64,000 nt of DNA from Octopus bimaculoides (Eukaryota). The DNA is taken from contig NC_068981.1 in assembly GCF_001194135.2 (NCBI RefSeq), positions 172,795,960 through 172,859,959 of the forward strand, read 5' to 3'. Shown in pieces: positions 52,485 to 64,000 of the stretch. The translations under genes and the position numbers were made by a program. The notes beneath the pieces were generated by a model. It had not been told where the DNA came from. It searched no databases and was given only the letters and a program-made list of their open reading frames with translations. Within the stretch, counting starts at the first letter, position 1. Every line of letters starts with the position of its first letter.

Positions 52485-52990
52485 TTTAGCATTCAGATTA
52501 CTCTGTCGAATGTAAAGTTGAACAGAAGCTATTATAGCTCTTGAGGGTTCACCACCTGATCAGGGCTGAAGGATTTTCAGGTTTCTAAAGGGAAACCCAA
52601 GTCTTTTAACCCTTTAGCCATATCCAGCCAAAATATTCCTGTTTTATTTTCAAACCAGTCAGATTTGGCCTCTCACACCTATACTAGTGTCATTCTAAAA
52701 TTAAACAATCACTGTTGAAATTGCAAGTCCATGAAATAATGCATGATTAATCTAAAATGATTAACCATGCATTATTTCATGGATTTGAGATTTCAACGAT
52801 GTGATTGTTTAATTTTAAAATGACACAAGTGTAGGTGTGAGAGGCCAAATCTGACTGGTTTGAAAATAAAACAGGAATATTTTGGCTGGATATGGCTAAA
52901 GGGTTAAAAGACTTGGGTTTCCCCTTTAGAAACATGAAAATCCTTCAGCCCTGATCAGGTGGTGAACCCTCTAAAGCTATAATTGCTTCT
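52485..52990. mobile_element. piggyBac-like MITE carrying a 467-bp inverted duplication (52524-52990)
   Basis: Family left end TTTAGCATTCAGATTACTCTGTC at 52485. TTAA|CCCTTTAGCC at 52606-52619 and GGCTAAAGGG|TTAA at 52894-52907. The flanks outside the TTAA are also inverted copies of each other. Confidence 0.85.
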
Positions 52991-55900
52991 CACACTGGCT
53001 CATACTTTCCTGTGTCTCTTTACCTAATCCAGTTTTCCCAAACTACAAGATTTTTTTCCTCTCTATTCCAATCTATAGTTATTCAAACTGAACAAACTTT
53101 ATTAACCTCACCAACTTTCAAAATACTTTCAGAAAAATTCTACTGGGGAAGAACAGATTAAAGTTAAGTTGACCATAAATAATTACTGTTTTTGTTATGT
53201 TGGTTGGAGCAAAGTAAATTGAGAAACTATTTTCTTCTTGGAAACTTAATTTCAAATTTCTGCACACATGAAATGAAACAAGATATTCAAATATCTCTCC
53301 TATCAATAAATCGTTTCAACTTCGACCTTTCCATGCTTGCAGGTGTTAGATGGACTTCATTAAGGCAAATTTTCTATGATCAGATGCCCTTCCTGATGCC
53401 AACTCTCACCTGTTTCCAGGCAAGGTAATATTTTCCCATGACATGTTTTCATAGAAGACTTGAAACAAATGACAACTATCACTTGATGTCAAGACAAGGA
53501 GGCACAAGCACACATATACAAGGGCCTTTCAGTTTCTGTCTACCAAATCCACTCTCGAGGTATGGCTGATATAGGGCTATGATATAAGGTGTCATGAAGT
53601 GGGACTGAACCTGAGACCATGTGGTTAGGAAACAAATTTCTTAACCCCAGAGCCATACCTGACTTATTATTCAGCATCTGTTTTCCATACTGCATGGGAC
53701 AGTTTGGCAGGGGCTGCCTGGGCTCCATGTCTGTTTTGGCATGGTTTCTATGGTTGGATGCCCTTCCTAACACCAACCACTTTACAGAGTACTGGGTGCA
53801 TTTGCATGGCACCAGCACCCATGAGCCCACAACATTAGGAACATTCAGCTGAAGAGGAATGCAAGGGACATGCCTGTATACAGGAACAACCATGTATTTA
53901 CTTGGCTTGATGTGTCTTTTCAAGCACAGCAAACCACCAGAAGTCTCGGTCCCCTGTCATCCCCTCTGTGAGGTCCAACATCTGAAGGCGCTTTGTAACC
54001 CTTCATCCCACATCTTCCACAATTAGAACTTGGCACTTGTTGATTGAACTGTCTTCATTCATACACATTACGACCATACTGGTCTCTCTTGCACACTACA
54101 TCTGATGCCCCATATACCCAGTTTCTCTCTCAAATCACTCTGTTGAACATGCACACTGACATTACTCATCCAGCAGAGTTTCTTTCAAGCCTTTATAGGT
54201 CCTCAGTCATAGCCCATATTTCACTGCCATGTAACATAGCTGTTAGTGCACAGGCATCAGGCCCTTCATTACTAACAGAGGTAATTGATCTCTGAACTTT
54301 GCCTAGCTTATTCTAGTGGCTATACTCTTGAAACAACCTCTACCATGGCTAACTTCTTGATCATTTAATAATGGAAACTGTCAACTACTTCTAAGGATCC
54401 CCCACTGACATTTGAGGGAGTCTATTATTTGTACATTCCTGGTGTTTAATGTACCTACACATCTTCCACATGTAAAAACTACTTTCTCTGTTAGTCTTCC
54501 AGTGATACCGCTGCACCTCTTAGGTGACCATAGCTTGCACTGGATACACCATGTGGAGTTTCTCCCATATTAAGCAGGGCCATCTTCCAGAAGGGGTCTG
54601 ATTAGTCTGTTTTCCTACATATTAGGACTTTGATCTTCGCATGTGAAGTTTTCTGCTTTGTACCATGACTTTAGGCCATTGTATTAAATTTAGTGTTGTT
54701 TACATTGAGTGATGACTCATAAGCCAATAACACGTCATGATATTGAAAGCCTAATATCTGGTACTCCATGTGATCTTTGCGAATGAGTTTTGCCAACTTA
54801 TAAGGATGTACTAAAATGTGTTTTGTTTTTTTTTAACAAGAAAAAGAAAAGAATGCAGTTAAGAAAGATTCTTNNNNNNNNNNNNNNNNNNNNNNNNNNN
54901 NNNNNNNNNNNNNNNNNNNNNNNNNNNNNNNNNNNNNNNNNNNNNNNNNNNNNNNNNNNNNNNNNNNNNNNNNNNNNNNNNNNNNNNNNNNNNNNNNNNN
55001 NNNNNNNNNNNNNNNNNNNNNNNNNNNNNNNNNNNNNNNNNNNNNNNNNNNNNNNNNNNNNNNNNNNNNNNNNNNNNNNNNNNNNNNNNNNNNNNNNNNN
55101 NNNNNNNNNNNNNNNNNNNNNNNNNNNNNNNNNNNNNNNNNNNNNNNNNNNNNNNNNNNNNNNNNNNNNNNNNNNNNNNNNNNNNNNNNNNNNNNNNNNN
55201 NNNNNNNNNNNNNNNNNNNNNNNNNNNNNNNNNNNNNNNNNNNNNNNNNNNNNNNNNNNNNNNNNNNNNNNNNNNNNNNNNNNNNNNNNNNNNNNNNNNN
55301 NNNNNNNNNNNNNNNNNNNNNNNNNNNNNNNNNNNNNNNNNNNNNNNNNNNNNNNNNNNNNNNNNNNNNNNNNNNNNNNNNNNNNNNNNNNNNNNNNNNN
55401 NNNNNNNNNNNNNNNNNNNNNNNNNNNNNNNNNNNNNNNNNNNNNNNNNNNNNNNNNNNNNNNNNNNNNNNNNNNNNNNNNNNNNNNNNNNNNNNNNNNN
55501 NNNNNNNNNNNNNNNNNNNNNNNNNNNNNNNNNNNNNNNNNNNNNNNNNNNNNNNNNNNNNNNNNNNNNNNNNNNNNNNNNNNNNNCTTAGTGTCGTTGA
55601 GAAAAGTTTCTATTTTCAAAGTTATTTTGTGCTAAAGTTGTTGTATTTCAGTAATTTCAATCAATCAATGACGTGTATTCAGCTGAATAAAATTACTGCT
55701 GTTGTTTGTCAACATAATATAATATCCACCTCTGAGTGGGTATTATATTATGTATGTTTAAGTTGTTTAAAGTGGTCGGGCCATGGGTGTTAGATATGTT
55801 ATTGCAATCGGTGTTAGAGTTTTCATTGTGTAGGTCTATGGTAGGGTTGTATGTATTTAGATAGTAGGAGCTAAGTTTACATTTATTAGATGAGGTGACC

Positions 55901-57289
55901 ATAGATTCTATATTTGGTGTAGATGAATAGGATAATTTCAAAGTGGATCTGTCAAAGATAGAATGGTACTTATGGATACATGGGAAAATGGACTCTACTA
56001 TTCTAAAGAAAGCTTTAGCAAGGCTATAGTAGAAGACATTTACCCAAGGTGTCTTACAGTAAGACTGAATCTGGAACCACATTCTTCTCTCCACATAGCC
56101 ACACCTGGTATAAAATATTAAGATGTTTATGAAAAATAATTCAGAAATTCATAGCAAAGTATAATAATTCTTACCCCATTTCGAAAATTCATATTCACTG
56201 GTTTTTTGGATTCAATAACTTCACTGACAAGAATTATGTCATCAGCAAGCACACCATGGGCCAAATCCTAAAATATAAATCGAAAAATAACTGAATTGAT
56301 TCTTTAGCAACATCAGTGTAATAAAAAATATCACAGGGACTTGGAAAAGACAAGAAAAAACAACAGCAAGCAAAACCAATCTTTGAAGAATTAAGAGGCA
56401 AAAACTTGTCTGAAAAGTGACAAATCTTTTATCAAATGAACTCAAATGTGAACAACTTTTCAGTGTCTCTTCTCTATATTAGTTTGGACAAAAGGGACTT
56501 AAATCTCCATTTATCCCAGCCCAGTGTCATTTCGTCTGACAGACAATATTCTCAGAATTAACATCATTCCCTACCCTGGATCCATGTTGACCAATTTTTA
56601 ATAATCTCTTATTAATGTGTTTTGGATCAAGTTAGTTATTTTTCATAGTTATTCTTTTGAGTACAAATTACAGATAGAGAGCACATTTTACAGATAGTGA
56701 CAATTACAACTTGTAACCTCCCTACTTAAAAAAAAAAGAGAGAAATATGCTTAAATAAGAAATAGAAATAAGAAGATATCATTTAAAAACATACCATAGA
56801 TGGATTTATTTCACTGACTAAACGATCCATATTTTCAACACCATGCTCAATAGCAAGTTGTACCAAAGTTTTTCCATTCTGTAATTAATAAAAAAACCTC
56901 AGTTTGAAATTCAGTATCTTCTAGAATAATGTATTTTTTAAAGTGAGAAAACAATCAGAATTATAAGCAATTTGCTGTACTTTCTCCCTACCTTCTCTAT
57001 ATCTGTTCTGCACCACTGATTAACTAAACGTCGCACACTCATCAAATCATCGTTTTCAACAGCATTCCACATCCCAGGCTATAAACAGAGAAAAAACAGC
57101 TATGCAAAAAATTTAACAAGTTCATCATTTTTTATAGAATACCAATTACATCTTACACAAGCCAAAACAGTCAAATTTACAAAAGATATTTTAAAGATAT
57201 TCATGCTTTCTCCTTCAAATATTAGTATTTGAAATGGAATGTTTTCATCTGTATATCACATCTGTGTTATATAAAGACTTCCAGAAATT

Positions 57290-57570
57290 CTATTGGATTT
57301 TGACATTCAGATAGATAGAATAAATGGACACTGTAGACCAGATATAGACATGACATGGAGAAAAAAAGAACAATTCATAATAGATGTGGTAATTCCTGCA
57401 GACAATGCAAACAAAAGTGAGAAAAGATCTCAAAATATGCTGAATTAAAAGAAGAAATATCAAGAATGTGGAGTTGGTCAACAACAAAAGTGGAAGTCAT
57501 ACCACTTATTGGAACAATTTAGGTTCAATCCCCAAAAGCTACTGTCCCACCTGGAATGGTTGGACATGTG
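57290..57570 (+). mobile_element. Old R4/Dong-clade non-LTR retrotransposon RLE fragment
   Basis: Remnant DFDIQIDR..HCRPDI...FIIDVVIPAD...KYAELKEEISRMW...VEVIP.IG. Confidence 0.65.
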
Positions 57571-57819
57571 AATGACAAAATTGGTATGCATGGCTGATGA
57601 TGTTTAACAACACAGAAATGCAGTAACCAATGATCTGATGATGTCAATGATGCAATGTGTCTTTACATGTTGTCAAAGAGGAAAAATTTCTTGTGTGACT
57701 ATTTCTGTAGTGAAAGGTCTTCCCAAGTTTCAGTGTGCACAATTATGTTAAATATTATTATACGTGCATATATTTTACTTAATGTTGTTCAGTGCAACAA
57801 CATTAATTAAATCCAACTT

Positions 57820-58690
57820 GAACAAGCTTTATGCGATGCCTTCTTGAAATGAGAATGCATGGACAGTTTGAAAGGAATACACAAGATGTTAAGGATAAAT
57901 CAGCATCATGGGCATGGCTTGAGCAAGGTGATTTGAAGCGTGCCATCGAAAGCCTGATCATTGCTGCACAAAACTAGGATCTTGCTACAAATTCAGTTGA
58001 AGTATAACATCTATAAATCTTCTGACACCCAGAAATACAGACTCTGTGGAAAGAGTGTGGAAAATGTGACCCACTTGGTAAGTGGAAGTGAGAGCCTTGC
58101 ACAAAAAGAATACAAGCGCCGCCACGGTAAAGTGTGTGTGTGTATCTTTATTGGCACTTATGCCGTAAATACCGATATGAAGTAACAGAGAACTGGTGTG
58201 AGCATGTTTCAACTAAAGTTATGCAGGAGGATGGAAAAGTAATGATATTCTGGGACTATGATTTTCAGACGCATCGTGTAATCGAACACCGTCGGCCGGA
58301 TATTTTCATATTGAATAAGAGAGACAAATACTGTCAGATCATTGATGTAGCCATACCAAATGACATGAATATTGTGAGTAAAGAGGCTGAAAAAAATCAC
58401 CAAGTACTCTGAATTGAAAGTGGAAATGGCAAGACTGTATGGAATGTGAGAGGGTAATGTAAAAGTGATACCAGTGTGGTGATTGGAGCGTTGTGCTCAA
58501 TCCCATTGAAACTTCAAAACTTTTTAAGGCAACTGGAAATCCCATGCAAGACTGATGTCTTGCAAAAAGCAGCCTTATTGGGCACAGCACACATCTTAAT
58601 GGAAGTATTATCTGTCTGAGGACTTTGTTGTGACTTGACAGATGACTAAAGACTCCAGTACATTTTTACCTACACTGAGTTATGAAGGAA
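57820..58690 (+). mobile_element. R4/Dong-clade non-LTR retrotransposon 3' end (CCHC knuckle plus restriction-like endonuclease), disabled
   Basis: MHGQFER...SWAWL..GDLK..ESLIIAAQ; RLCGK.VENVTHLVSG...LAQKEYKRRH; WDYDFQTHRVIEHRRPDI...IIDVAIPND...KE.EK; LQKAALLGTAHIL.EVL. Contains stops and frameshifts and is followed by an (AAC)n(AAT)n tract. Confidence 0.9.
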
Positions 58691-59486
58691 TAACAACAAC
58701 AACAACAATGGCAACAACAACAACAATAATAATAATGTTCTGTCTTGTCATGAGAGGAAAATTTGTAGGAGTTCAACAATTGAAAAAAAAAATGTGCCCA
58801 GTTTGTTAGTATATCACTAGTACTTACTTTATCCATCCTGGAGGGATAAATGGCTAAGTGAACATTGGTAATATTTGAACTTAGAATATAACAGGACAGC
58901 ATTAAATATTGTATGCTAACTAATCCAGTATGCCACTGGGGCTGAATCAACTGCAGTATATAACTGGTATTTATCCTTTTAACCCAGAAGGGAGGATAAG
59001 CAAAATTAAACTTTGCAGAACTTGAATTTAGCAAAATGTAACTAAATATTGCAAAACAAAAGATCCTAAATAGAAAATAGAAGATAGCAAATATAGTACA
59101 GAAAAATTATATTACAAACCATATATTTTTCAAACACATTTTTGACATTGTTTTGCAATGTGGATTTTCTTCTTGTGAGTTCATCAAGGACATTGATACC
59201 CGCCTGAAAATATATTTCATTGATAAAACATGAATTTAGACTTTAATAACAGGTAAAGAGTTACAGTTGCAAAGTATTCACAAAAACTAATATTCAATTG
59301 CTGAACGTATCTAATTATAAAGAGCAAGAAATTTGCACAAGCATGTCCATGTGGTTAAAAAGTCTGCTCTATATTGCATGGTTTAGGGTTCATTCCTATT
59401 GTGTAGGGTCTGTTAGCTGGTGTTTTGCACTATAGCTATGGATTGATCAATGTCATGTCAGTGAAATCTGGTAGACAGAAACTGAA

Positions 59487-59617
59487 ATATCCAGCCGTAG
59501 AAACTCTGCCAAATCAGATTGGAGCCTGGTGTAGCCATCTCGCTCACCAGTCCTCAGTCAAATTGTTCAACCCATGCTAGAATGGAAAGCGGACGTTAAA
59601 CGATGATGATGATGATG
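59487..59617 (+). mobile_element. Short young retroposon (RTE-type 3' tail)
   Basis: Near-identical to 10464-10595, with a (GAT)n tail. Confidence 0.8.
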
Positions 59618-62600
59618 TACAGACCAGCAAATTTCACAGAAGTGGATTAATCAATACCATCAATTCTGATGCTTGACAGATACTTTCTTTATTGCCTTCA
59701 GTGAGATGAAAGATAAAGCTGACCTCAATAGGACTTGAACTCAGAATATAAAGAGTTGGAAAGCATTTTCATTAACAACTCTGCCAGTTCACTGCCTTAC
59801 ACAGTTTCTGATTTAGACACAAAATAAATTTGAGGGCTGAGGTACTCGCCAGGTACTTTATTTTATCAACAGCAGAGGTATGAAAGGTAAAGCTGACTTT
59901 GGTGGGATTCAAACCCTGAACATAAGAAGCCAGGACAAATATCACAAGGTAGTTTGCATGTCACTTTAATGAGATTCTGCCACCCACAACCTTAATAATC
60001 CTTTCTACTATAGGCACAAAGCCTGGAATTTTGGGGTGTGTGGGGTAGAGTTGATTACATTGATACCAGTGCTTAACTGGTATTTATTTTATTGACCCTG
60101 AAAGGATCAAAGGCAAAGTTGCCTTTGATGACATTTGAACTCAGGACATAAAAATCCATGGGAAATGCTGCAAAGCATTTTGCTTGATATGCTAACAATT
60201 CTGATAGCTCATGGCCTTAACAACAACAACACTTAGCAACAACAACAACTAACCTGATTAACAGCATACACATCTGCATTACACCGCAACAAGGCCTCAA
60301 CAAAATTGGCATCAATTTCTTTCCCATTTTGCAGATATGTCAAAAGTGGAATGGATCCATCCTGACAGAGTTATAATAGAAAAGAGTTTAGAAAAAATAT
60401 ATAAAAATAGATCTAACAACTTCATAAATACAAGCAAGAAATCAAATAAATAAATAAATATATATATANNNNNNNNNNNNNNNNNNNNNNNNNNNNNNNN
60501 NNNNNNNNNNNNNNNNNNNNNNNNNNNNNNNNNNNNNNNNNNNNNNNNNNNNNNNNNNNNNNNNNNNNNNNNNNNNNNNNNNNNNNNNNNNNNNNNNNNN
60601 NNNNNNNNNNNNNNNNNNNNNNNNNNNNNNNNNNNNNNNNNNNNNNNNNNNNNNNNNNNNNNNNNNNNNNNNNNNNNNNNNNNNNNNNNNNNNNNNNNNN
60701 NNNNNNNNNNNNNNNNNNNNNNNNNNNNNNNNNNNNNNNNNNNNNNNNNNNNNNNNNNNNNNNNNNNNNNNNNNNNNNNNNNNNNNNNNNNNNNNNNNNN
60801 NNNNNNNNNNNNNNNNNNNNNNNNNNNNNNNNNNNNNNNNNNNNNNNNNNNNNNNNNNNNNNNNNNNNNNNNNNNNNNNNNNNNNNNNNNNNNNNNNNNN
60901 NNNNNNNNNNNNNNNNNNNNNNNNNNNNNNNNNNNNNNNNNNNNNNNNNNNNNNNNNNNNNNNNNNNNNNNNNNNNNNNNNNNNNNNNNNNNNNNNNNNN
61001 NNNNNNNNNNNNNNNNNNNNNNNNNNNNNNNNNNNNNNNNNNNNNNNNACTAGCTGGTTGAAAATGCATGTCAACCCCTCGCAAATATATATTTTAGTGA
61101 AAACGTATTCACTGATTACAAAAATTAGAAATGATCTAATTATAAATCTCACAGAGAGAATTAAGCAGCAGTGTTACAATAAAGCAGTTGTATACTGTCA
61201 ACTCAATGTGACAGTCCCAATAAGGGAATCATACTGCTGCTATTTAGCCCTAGGAAGCTGGACCGCTTGGGACTGGCAAGAAAGCCACTGCAGAATAAAT
61301 TAGCAGCTGAAACAAAGTTGCTACTGACACAGCTCATTTCAAAACATTACTTGTGCTCCAAATGTGGATCTTAGCAATCTTCAGATGCCCCTACTTGGGA
61401 GTAATATAATGTAATTAGGTATAACTATACCTGTATTAACTTTATTTCATTTATATGCTCATGCTGTATCTAAGGCTTTATTGGTTTTATGTGGGAAGAA
61501 TATTATTCATTGTTAGAATGGAGTTCAAGATATTCAAGATATTAAAGAGGTTTGGTAAAATTTACCTTTAATTAATGTTATTCTTAATATTTCTTATGTA
61601 GCAGTATATGGATTTCTTCTTCTGGCAAGCTTTTATTCAAAGATTTAATTATTGAGACGTTAATGCATAACAGATTTTTCCAAATTTTAATGGGAGTCAA
61701 AACAACTTAAATTTCTTTTCCTTCTTCTATAGTTTTATACAAAGCTTCCATACAATACTATAACAAGTTCTTCCTTGTTATAGCATACATCTAATCCCTA
61801 ATACTCACGTTCAGTCAGCATCTCTTTTACCCTTTTACATAAAAGAGAAGTAGGGAACAGGTTAAGTCATGTGAATTGTGATCCCTACAGTGGCTGATTG
61901 AAAGATGCTTAGGATTCCAATCACTCACTTTTACTGTCACACAGCATGGCTTCTTTTATGGTTTTCTCTTTTAGTCCTTTATTCAAACAAGAGCCTACAC
62001 CATAAGAAAAGTATTATTTAATCTGTTAACCCCAAGTTAGCCCTGATCAAAGAGATCAATGATCAAAGATATTCTAGCCATGACCATCACAATTCTATCT
62101 TTTTAAATACCAAGATATACATTCTCCAATGGCTTCTTTCTTTAACATGGTAGCTTGTAATTTGAGAGAAATCTGACTATTGTTTCTAGCAGGTCAAGTA
62201 ACCATATAGAGGCTTTCTCATTAACCTTTAACCTTAGTGTAGTAATTTAATTATGTACAATAAGCCATTTCACACTCTGAGACATGGCATATTAATTTCA
62301 AATTTTGGCACAAGGCCAACAGTTTTGGGGGAGAGGCCAAGACAATTAAATTGCCCCCAGTGCTCAACTGGTACTTATTTTACCAACCCTGAAAGAATGA
62401 AAGGCAAAGTGAACCTTGGCAGAATTTGAACTCACAACATAGAGATGGATGAAACGCCACTAAGCATCTTGCCCAGTATGCTGATGATTCTGCCAGCTTG
62501 CTGCTTTAACACTGAAAGATAATGTCACTTTAGCAGTGGGTGATAACTTCTGTTGCTGGTAGTATAATAGACAGAAATTTCCTCATCATTGTTGTCATTA

Positions 62601-63339
62601 TGTGGAGCATCATTGCTAAACTAATAATCTAAACTGCCTAAAACAGCTTGAGAAAAGTTTCGTCATGATAATGGTGCTGGTTAAGGTGGTTGTGACGATA
62701 ATGAAAATGAGGATTATTTCTCTTCAGGACATTACAATATACATAGTTAAATATGGCACTTACTTTTGCATTTGGGTGATTGATATTAAGACCTGCATTC
62801 CGTAAGAGGTAGACAAGTTTAGTGGCTTCAGCTACACCACTAGGTTTCTCAACCAATCCGTTGATGAGAGTATCAAAAAGGTCATCCTAGAATTAAAAGG
62901 AAACATATGCAAAGGGATATTCCTCAAATACTTATAATTTACTAAATATTTAAAACCTTTTTTTGTATTATGAAATGAGGACATTTTTAGAATAATAAAT
63001 ATTTCTTTTTTTAATACTCTTGTTCTGAGGTTTACATTATAACAGTTGCAAACATTATAATGCATCCTAAATGGGTGAAACCTGTCCAAATCTTAGCAGG
63101 TATGTGATAATGCACTTTAAGGAAGGTGGAAACACTATATTAATGAAAATTTCAAAAAATATATATATAGACCCAAGAACAATGAGAAATAATTCTACAA
63201 TCATCCTTGGAATAACAGGTGCAAATCAGAAAGAGACAGGAATATGACAGAGAGGTGGAAAGGGGCAGAGAGAATGACAGAAAGAAGGGGAGAGACAGAT
63301 ACATTCACAAAGGTCTTTTGGATTTTTACACTTTCATTT

Positions 63340-63351
63340 GTGTGTATGTGT

Positions 63352-63397
<46 letters not shown>

Positions 63398-63414
63398 AAA
63401 GATAATTGATGACT

Positions 63415-63485
<71 letters not shown>

Positions 63486-63492
63486 TAATAAG
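63340..63492. repeat. (GT)n(GA)n and (AAT)n microsatellites
   Basis: Direct reading. Confidence 0.95.
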
Positions 63493-63691
63493 TTAATAAT
63501 TAACTCTTTGAAAGCAGAAAGTGGATATATCTGCTTGAAATTTTATTACAGTTGTGGAAAGTGGTTTTACCTTCAGGTCTGACTACAGCCAATTTCTTCC
63601 ATAAGGAGAGAGACAGGCAGACAGACAGACAAAGAAAAAGAGGGAGGGAATGAGAACAATTGATTCTATATTGAACTAGTACTTTATTTAT

Positions 63692-64000
63692 CCCAGGCGA
63701 TCACAGAGGAATTCAAGACAGGATGCCCCTGGGAGCTCCTCTATGCTGATGACCTTGCACTAATTGCGGAGTCACTATCAGAACTAGAGGAGAAGTTTCA
63801 GGTGTGGAAGCAAGGACTAGAATCGAAGGGCCTTAGAGTCAACCTAGCTAAAACCAAAATCCTAATAAGTAGGAAAGTAGATAAAACACAAACCCCTTCA
63901 GGTAGATGGCCCTGCTCAGTATGTAGAAAAGGAGTAGGTAGTAACTCTATAAGATGTACCCAGTGCAAGCTATGGACACATAAGAGGTGCAGCAATATCA
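63692..64000 (+). mobile_element. 5'-truncated RTE-clade LINE, reverse transcriptase region, running off the window end
   Basis: Stop-free frame from 63694: QAITEEFKTGCPWELLYADDLALIAESLSELEEKFQVWKQGLESKGLRVNLAKTKIL...PCSVCRKGVGSNSIRCTQCKLWTHKRCSNI. Contains the YADD motif and shows an abrupt GC rise. Confidence 0.93.

Noticed and set aside
13620-61152. ORFs of 200-300 aa made of X
   Set aside because: Artefacts of translating through N gaps (13717-14502, 38307-39062, 54874-55587, 60469-61049).

Overview
AT-rich, gapped metazoan scaffold. The SINE, RTE and MITE families look like Octopus (genus inferred from remembered repeat consensuses, not from a search). Two intron-containing genes were reconstructed by hand from splice sites and reading frames; the ORF track misses most of their exons. 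(1) An ankyrin-repeat protein of at least about 500 aa, 5' end absent, with all introns phase 0. Five exons lie on the + strand inside the contig 16584-25014, which is bounded by two 100-N gaps. The six downstream exons lie on the - strand at 8671-15672. Flipping that contig yields one collinear gene, so this is either a mis-oriented contig or a real intragenic inversion. (2) The 3' half of PDPK1/PDK1 on the + strand (8 exons, 29186-42231, from kinase subdomain IX SDLWALGC to the PH domain). The kinase N-lobe, HRD, DFG and activation-loop exons were not found in the window. The rest is repeats: tRNA-derived SINEs, a Penelope GIY-YIG remnant with inverted tRNA-head plus hammerhead arms, a fold-back mariner, R4/Dong RLE remnants, a 5'-truncated RTE reverse transcriptase with a PHD-like Cys cluster, piggyBac-like MITEs, mini/microsatellites and several diverged fold-back (inverted duplication) structures. 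No CRISPR, rRNA or prokaryotic system is evident.
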